Below, piece by piece: positions 57,449 to 64,000 of a stretch of DNA of 64,000 bases; the first letter of the stretch is position 1; each line of letters opens with the position of its first letter. The notes beneath the pieces were generated by a model, which worked only from the letters and a program-made list of their open reading frames with translations, ran no database searches and was not told the DNA's origin. Both the position numbers and the translations under genes were made by a program. Origin of the DNA: Eledone cirrhosa (lineage: Eukaryota); the NCBI GenBank assembly GCA_964016885.1, contig OZ024745.1:62930001-62994000 (forward strand), in the 5' to 3' direction.

Positions 57449-57759
57449 ATTTGTTTGTGTGTATGTGTGTGTGTGTGTCTATGTGCGTGAGTGTGTATAT
57501 TAACTTCTTTTCTTTGACCATGCCTTATATCTCCTAGGTGCTCAGGACTTGTGTTGATATGGCCTCTGGTACCATTTTGGTAGATTTTCAACCACCTATT
57601 AAGGTCAGTGGTCGATTTCTCCACTGATGATGCTCGTTATCCAATATGCTTAATATTATTCTACAGCTTGTCCTTGTATCTAAGATACTAAATCTTGGGT
57701 AATTGAAGAGCCCGCCTTATGCGTTTAATTCAAACAAAGCATCTTTATTATAGAGTTTA

Positions 57760-57963
57760 AGGGAGTTGAATTATCAGTATCGCTATAGGGTCGGACACCA
57801 TGGTTTCCAGCATAGTTACGTCCCTTTACTGTCTGAGTTCAAATCCCGTCGAGGTTAACTTTGCCTTTCATCCTTACGGGGTCGGTAAAATAAAGTACCA
57901 GTATTATAAAGTACATGTATTGGGTAATTGTTGGCCTTGTGCCAAAAGTAGAAACAATTATTA
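57760..57963 (+). mobile_element. Near full-length tRNA-derived SINE
   Basis: B box GAGTTCAAATCC, core and tail as at 31718. Confidence 0.88.
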
Positions 57964-60424
57964 TAGCGTTTAAAAGCATCAGAGAAGAGTAATTAGCAAA
58001 CAAAGGTTGGGCCATTAGGCACCCATGCTTTGTCCCAGGTTTTACAGGAAAGGGATCTGATGATGCACCAACTGATATAACAGTTCGTGGAAGGATGTTA
58101 TAAAACTGTGTCGCTTATCAGCACTGACTACAAAACATCGTGCTTAATAGAGTAAAAAACTTTGTTACATCAACCAAGACTAAGGATATGTACGGTACTT
58201 TCGCCGTAACATGCCACAAGCAATATATCATACCTGGTTCTTGTTCGAGCTCTGAAATCACTATGGGAGTAAATATAAGCATCATCTACCAAGACAGATA
58301 TTTTTCTGTTGAGATCAACCTGGGCAGGGATTTGTCCCGCTACAGAAACCACTGATATACCCCTATCGTTGTCACACAGCCGTTTTTCCGTTTTCATTTG
58401 AATACGATCGAATCCCAAAGTGTGTTCTCATGCACATTACTTTCATATTTGTACACCGCAGCTGGCATTGCAACATCATCAGACGGTATACTTGATAGCA
58501 TTTGTTTTGTAGTTGTTTTAACTTAAGCACATGGTGGATCAAAGACCGATGCAGGGATTTTCGGCCTTAATTGAATTGTGTCAATGACATTTTTATCCCC
58601 AACAGATGGAAAATTTAAAACTGTTTCGATGTGATCTATTCAGCGGTTACGAATATCACTTTTATTTCTCAGCAATTTAGATCCATACGATGCTAACGCC
58701 GAGAGCTATAAACCTCTTATATGCTTTCATTAAAAGTATTTATATTATTTCTATCGGTAATAGTGTGAAGCCTTAAGACATTCAATTACGAAATTTTACG
58801 TTGTGTCTTATATGCTTTACCTGAAGAGGAAATGATACGTTAGAGCGTAACAGATAGTGATCAGATATCCAACATATGCTATGGAATGAGCGAGTATAAT
58901 ATTTTGTTAAAATGTAAAAAGGGTTTTGAACATGGCAGGTTCTTGAAATATAATGGTTTTAAGGCGGCCAAATCCATTGCAAAAGAAGAGAAGGCCAAGT
59001 CCATTGCTATTCGTATTCCCATTGCCATGAGAACCATGAGAACCATGAACATTTCCCTAGGAATCATAACCTGACTCACCTCTGGTTTAGAAGATTCTTA
59101 GGATCTGATATCTATCAGGATATACTATAATTCTGACAATAAAATATAATTTCTCATAAAAACTGGTAATTTCAAGTTCTTCGGAATTTCTGGTTTTTCA
59201 TGTCTGGGGCATTATAACTGTTTAAGTTTAGGATAGTAGCATTAGGAATTATAAGTTTCAAACGATCACGTACCACATGTAGTACATTCATCATTGTATT
59301 TGCTATCATAGTTCTGATAGCAAAACACATGCATGATCAGCGTGTCGCATCTTCTTTTTTCATCGATCATTTTTCTACTCGAGCTGTTCATAATCTGGAA
59401 GTCGAGCTTTATTCAATGTTGGTATGTCTATGTTATACAGATTTAAGCCATTTGACCTGCGATCTATTTTTCCTTTTTAATCCGTCCGGGCTATCTTAAC
59501 GGTTTTAGATATGCCAAGAACCAAAATTTAATGGGATGTTTTGTCTTTATCTTTCGAGAGCATGGTGAATAACCAATAATTCGCAGTAAGATGACAAGTT
59601 TTTATAGACATTAAATGATTAGAGCTCTTTTTCTTACCCCTTCTCAATATAAGGGAATAAATGCTTTGTCCAAGCAGACCTACTTTGTCATCCTGCGGAA
59701 GACAGGAGCAGTCAATTTGCCGATAGGATTTATGCTAAACGACCATCACCTGCTAATTAATGACTCCAGAGTTGTCATGTAAAAAGGTGAACAACACACA
59801 TTCTGACATATTTATCGTGGTAGTGACATGTATGGGACAATTCACGCATTTTGCTATTTTTGATTGCAACAATTGGTGCAAATATCTGACGAGATTGAGG
59901 AATAGAAGACCTCTGGCGTACACTTAGGAGTTTTCCATCACATGACGTGTACTATTGCATGCTAGACACCAACCTAGTATTTTAATTCAAAGCACACACA
60001 AACACCAACCACACACATACAACAGCTATACACATATCCAAGCATTTATTCAACCATCAATTATATATACTATTTCCGAGTTTAACATACGCATACAGAC
60101 ACATAATATATACATATAAAAAAACTAAATGTAAAATAAAATGAAATAACAATCTATATATAAAATCATATAAGGTTAAATGGATATATATACATATGTA
60201 CAAACAATTGGATAGCCGTTGATTCTAATGAGTTCCTCCACTCTTTCGCAGGTTGTCGAACAATCAGTCTACTTACCAAGGAAGCTTGCTGGAGTTGCTT
60301 GTTTAATATCCTACGACTCGACCATGTTGCATGTTCTACTGTGTTATATGTTGCTAGTAGCACTCGAATTTACTTAGATGTTACATATATATATATAAAT
60401 ATATATATATACATATCTATCTAT

Positions 60425-60982
60425 CTAAGGCGGGTAAAATTCCCGAGTTCCATGGACGAGTTCTCTCCAGCGGTCTCTGTCCCTCATTATCACTGCCATG
60501 TCCTGCGCCTCCAACAGACCAGTGTCTGTCCTTATGGCATCAACATACGTTAACCTTGGTCTTCCTCTTCTAGTGTGTCCATGTAGGGGCTCCCAAAGGA
60601 GCACTGAGTGCAATGTCAACTCTGGATGTCGGTGAGCATGTCCAGCTAACCTCAGTCTCCTCTGTGTCACTTTTGTGCTGACTTTTGGGATGCTTCCATA
60701 CAGCTCTGAGTTTTTCATCCTCAGTGTATTTGGGAGCAAAGATTGGGAATACGGAAGATGATGTGGTTGAGAGGAAGAGCAAGGCCTGGGCGGCGTGCCA
60801 CAGCTTGAGATCGGTGTGGAAGTCGGACCTTCGTAGATAACCTGAAAATCCGCCTCTTCATTGCTGTAGTGGAGTCTGTGCTGCTGTATGGGTCTGAGAC
60901 TTGGACATTGACCAAGAAACTCACTCAGATGGTGGATGGGTGCTACACGAGAATGCTGAGGATGGCTCTGAACATTAATCAG

Positions 60983-60985
<3 letters not shown>
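60425..60985. mobile_element. RTE-like LINE with 5' inversion
   Basis: Minus 60425-60725 MKNSELYG..RRLRLAGHAHRH..GRPRLTY..RDRDRW; plus 60722-60985 YLGAKI..VESVLLYGSETW..RMLRMALNI. Confidence 0.9.
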
Positions 60986-61033
<48 letters not shown>

Positions 61034-62645
61034 CGTTTCTGAATTTGACAATATATGAACAATCGTCTGGTTGTGGAACCAACCAACCAACCGGAAATTT
61101 ATAAATTCCTAAATTTATAGATTTATAATAAATTGAAGTGAAAGCAACTGATGCGTGTGGTGTTACTTATTGGCAACATGACCCTCCCAAAGCATAACAA
61201 TATATATATATATAATCAAAGTTTATATGGTTCGTTGATTATTCAACGAATACAATTTTACAATAGATTATAAGCACTCGACAATGACATTTTTCTGGAG
61301 TATTTAATATTATTCTAAATATTAATAAATGAAAAATATTCTCATAATCAAAATATATATTTTATTATACATATTTCAAAGGTACAATGGTGTTTAATTA
61401 TGTTTTCATCAGAGAAAATATATGAGATTGGATATGCGACCAACCGCTACGGTTTTGATTATTCAATTCCAATAGTGCCACTATTGGAATTGAATAATCA
61501 AAACCGTAGCGGTATGTCGCATGTTATTTTAATAAATATTTGCTCTACGGTTCTTATATATTTGATATATATTTATCCTTATCGAGCCCTCTTTGGATTT
61601 TAGTCTTCAATTTTATTATTATTACTATATATATATATATATATACACATATATATATATGCACACATGCATATTTATATAGTATCTCGTGTTTTACTAA
61701 ATATATAAATATATTATTTTTAACATCTACATTTTCGTAAAATGTGTGCACCTAATAGGAAGCAAGATTATAATTTTACTTTGGGTTATGTAGAAACCTA
61801 ATTAGAATTAGAAGAAGGAAATCGTGTCAGTCAACTTATGTATATAGCAAAATCTATCACATAACTATAAGTAATCAAAGTCTATAATTGAAATACAATT
61901 CTAAAGGTATTCTACGTTGACAAATATTAATAACCTCTAAGATTTTGAGTATTTTTATTTTGTATAATTTATATGTATATTTAGTTTCAATTTTACAAAT
62001 ATTCATTTTCATTATTCAGGAATACATATTCAACAAAACACAGAAGCATGGCTATTTTGTTTCTATTTAAGATATTCTAGTGAAAACATTCATCATTATG
62101 TATAGAAAAAGAATATTTTATGTTGATTATACATTTGAAATATAGTGATGATATCAAATCCACTTTTAAGTGTATTTGCATTTTGTAAGCATTTTAACAT
62201 TCAAATATGTTGTAAAATAGAATATAGTATTAGTGCTAGAGACGAAACTAATGAATTCTCAATGATAGCTTTCTATCAATTGTATATTTGAAAGGCTAAT
62301 CAAGATAGTAGATAGCATTGAACTAAAAATGTACGTTGATATACTGAAGTAGACCTATGCAAGAACTCACTATTGAGAGAGCATACAACAGTTAAATCTA
62401 CCAAATGTGAGATATGTTCATGCATCTACATTTTATAGATATACTATCTTCACTAAAGCTGATATTCTTGATACAGCTAATAACTTTTAAGATCTAGAAT
62501 AATATTACATAAAATAATGCGTGTATATATATATATAAACTATATATACATATATATATAAACTACATATATATAAACTATATATATATATACATATATA
62601 AACATATATATATAAACTATATATATATATATACATATATAAACT

Positions 62646-62678
<33 letters not shown>

Positions 62679-62692
62679 TATATATATAAGTT

Positions 62693-62725
<33 letters not shown>

Positions 62726-62731
62726 ATATAT

Positions 62732-62837
<106 letters not shown>

Positions 62838-62860
62838 ATATATATGTATATATATTATAT

Positions 62861-63144
<284 letters not shown>

Positions 63145-63151
63145 TGTGTGT

Positions 63152-63321
<170 letters not shown>

Positions 63322-64000
63322 ATGTGTTCAAATATTATTTCATCAATGATAGTAAGCGTGCCACTGTTTAATGCAAATATTTGCTACGTCAATTATAGAC
63401 CAATTTTGCAGCATATTTTAAATAAATTGGCAATAGATAGTTTAAATGATACATATCATTTCGACAACACCTATGAAAGTATAAACGCAATTTATCCTAT
63501 ATTCAATGAACAACAGGAAATATCTGGCACACTTAAGCACCAAATACGACTATTAAAATATCATTTAACCCTTATACACACAAATAACTATTATCGAAAT
63601 ATGTGCCAGCAGATCAATCAATCCACAATGCATTCTGTAGAGTTCTATATAGTCCATAATTCATAATCTTAAATGATGCAACACGCTAATCTTTTAAATT
63701 TTCTAAATTATATTGGTTGATATATTTACTACTACTAACGGAAAGTTTACTTTGAGACAAATCTGATTTTAGCATTACAAAGATGTTGCAACTGAGAATT
63801 GGTAATCAAGACGTAAAATATTTTTCCTGTGTCTTGGTATTGGTTAATGGTGACATGTAGAACAAATTTGAGAGAGAAACTTGCAATTAGGTAAGGCAAG
63901 AGAACAATTTTGAAGCTAATAAAATTAGGATGGATTGACACACCTTCGTTCTGCCTGATGAAATGTGATATCAAACGAAATACTTCAGTAATAAATTACA

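Noticed and set aside
58040-60380. Faint LINE-like peptides (YKTVSLISTDYK, FSTRAV, KEWRNSL)
   Set aside because: Too degenerate to delimit or classify without an HMM search.

Overview
AT-rich, gene-poor eukaryotic DNA saturated with (TA)n, (CA)n, (GA)n and (ATT)n microsatellites. The repeat content resembles an octopus/coleoid cephalopod genome, which is an inference from the tRNA-derived SINEs. Almost all ORFs in the supplied track are microsatellite artefacts, and no host gene can be called with confidence; there are a few candidate exons. Recognisable content: degenerate LINE fragments (CR1-type, RTE, R4/Dong, L1/Tx1), a Penelope-type GIY-YIG fragment, Helitron pieces, a pogo/Tc1-like MITE and SINE arrays. 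The most striking signal is at least seven sequence-unrelated families of 150-470 bp elements in or next to (TA)n tracts that carry type I hammerhead ribozyme (HHR) motifs. Most are fold-back inverted duplications that place an HHR on each strand, several have non-canonical cores, and their short arms end at recurrent breakpoints. All structures were folded by eye and none is tested.
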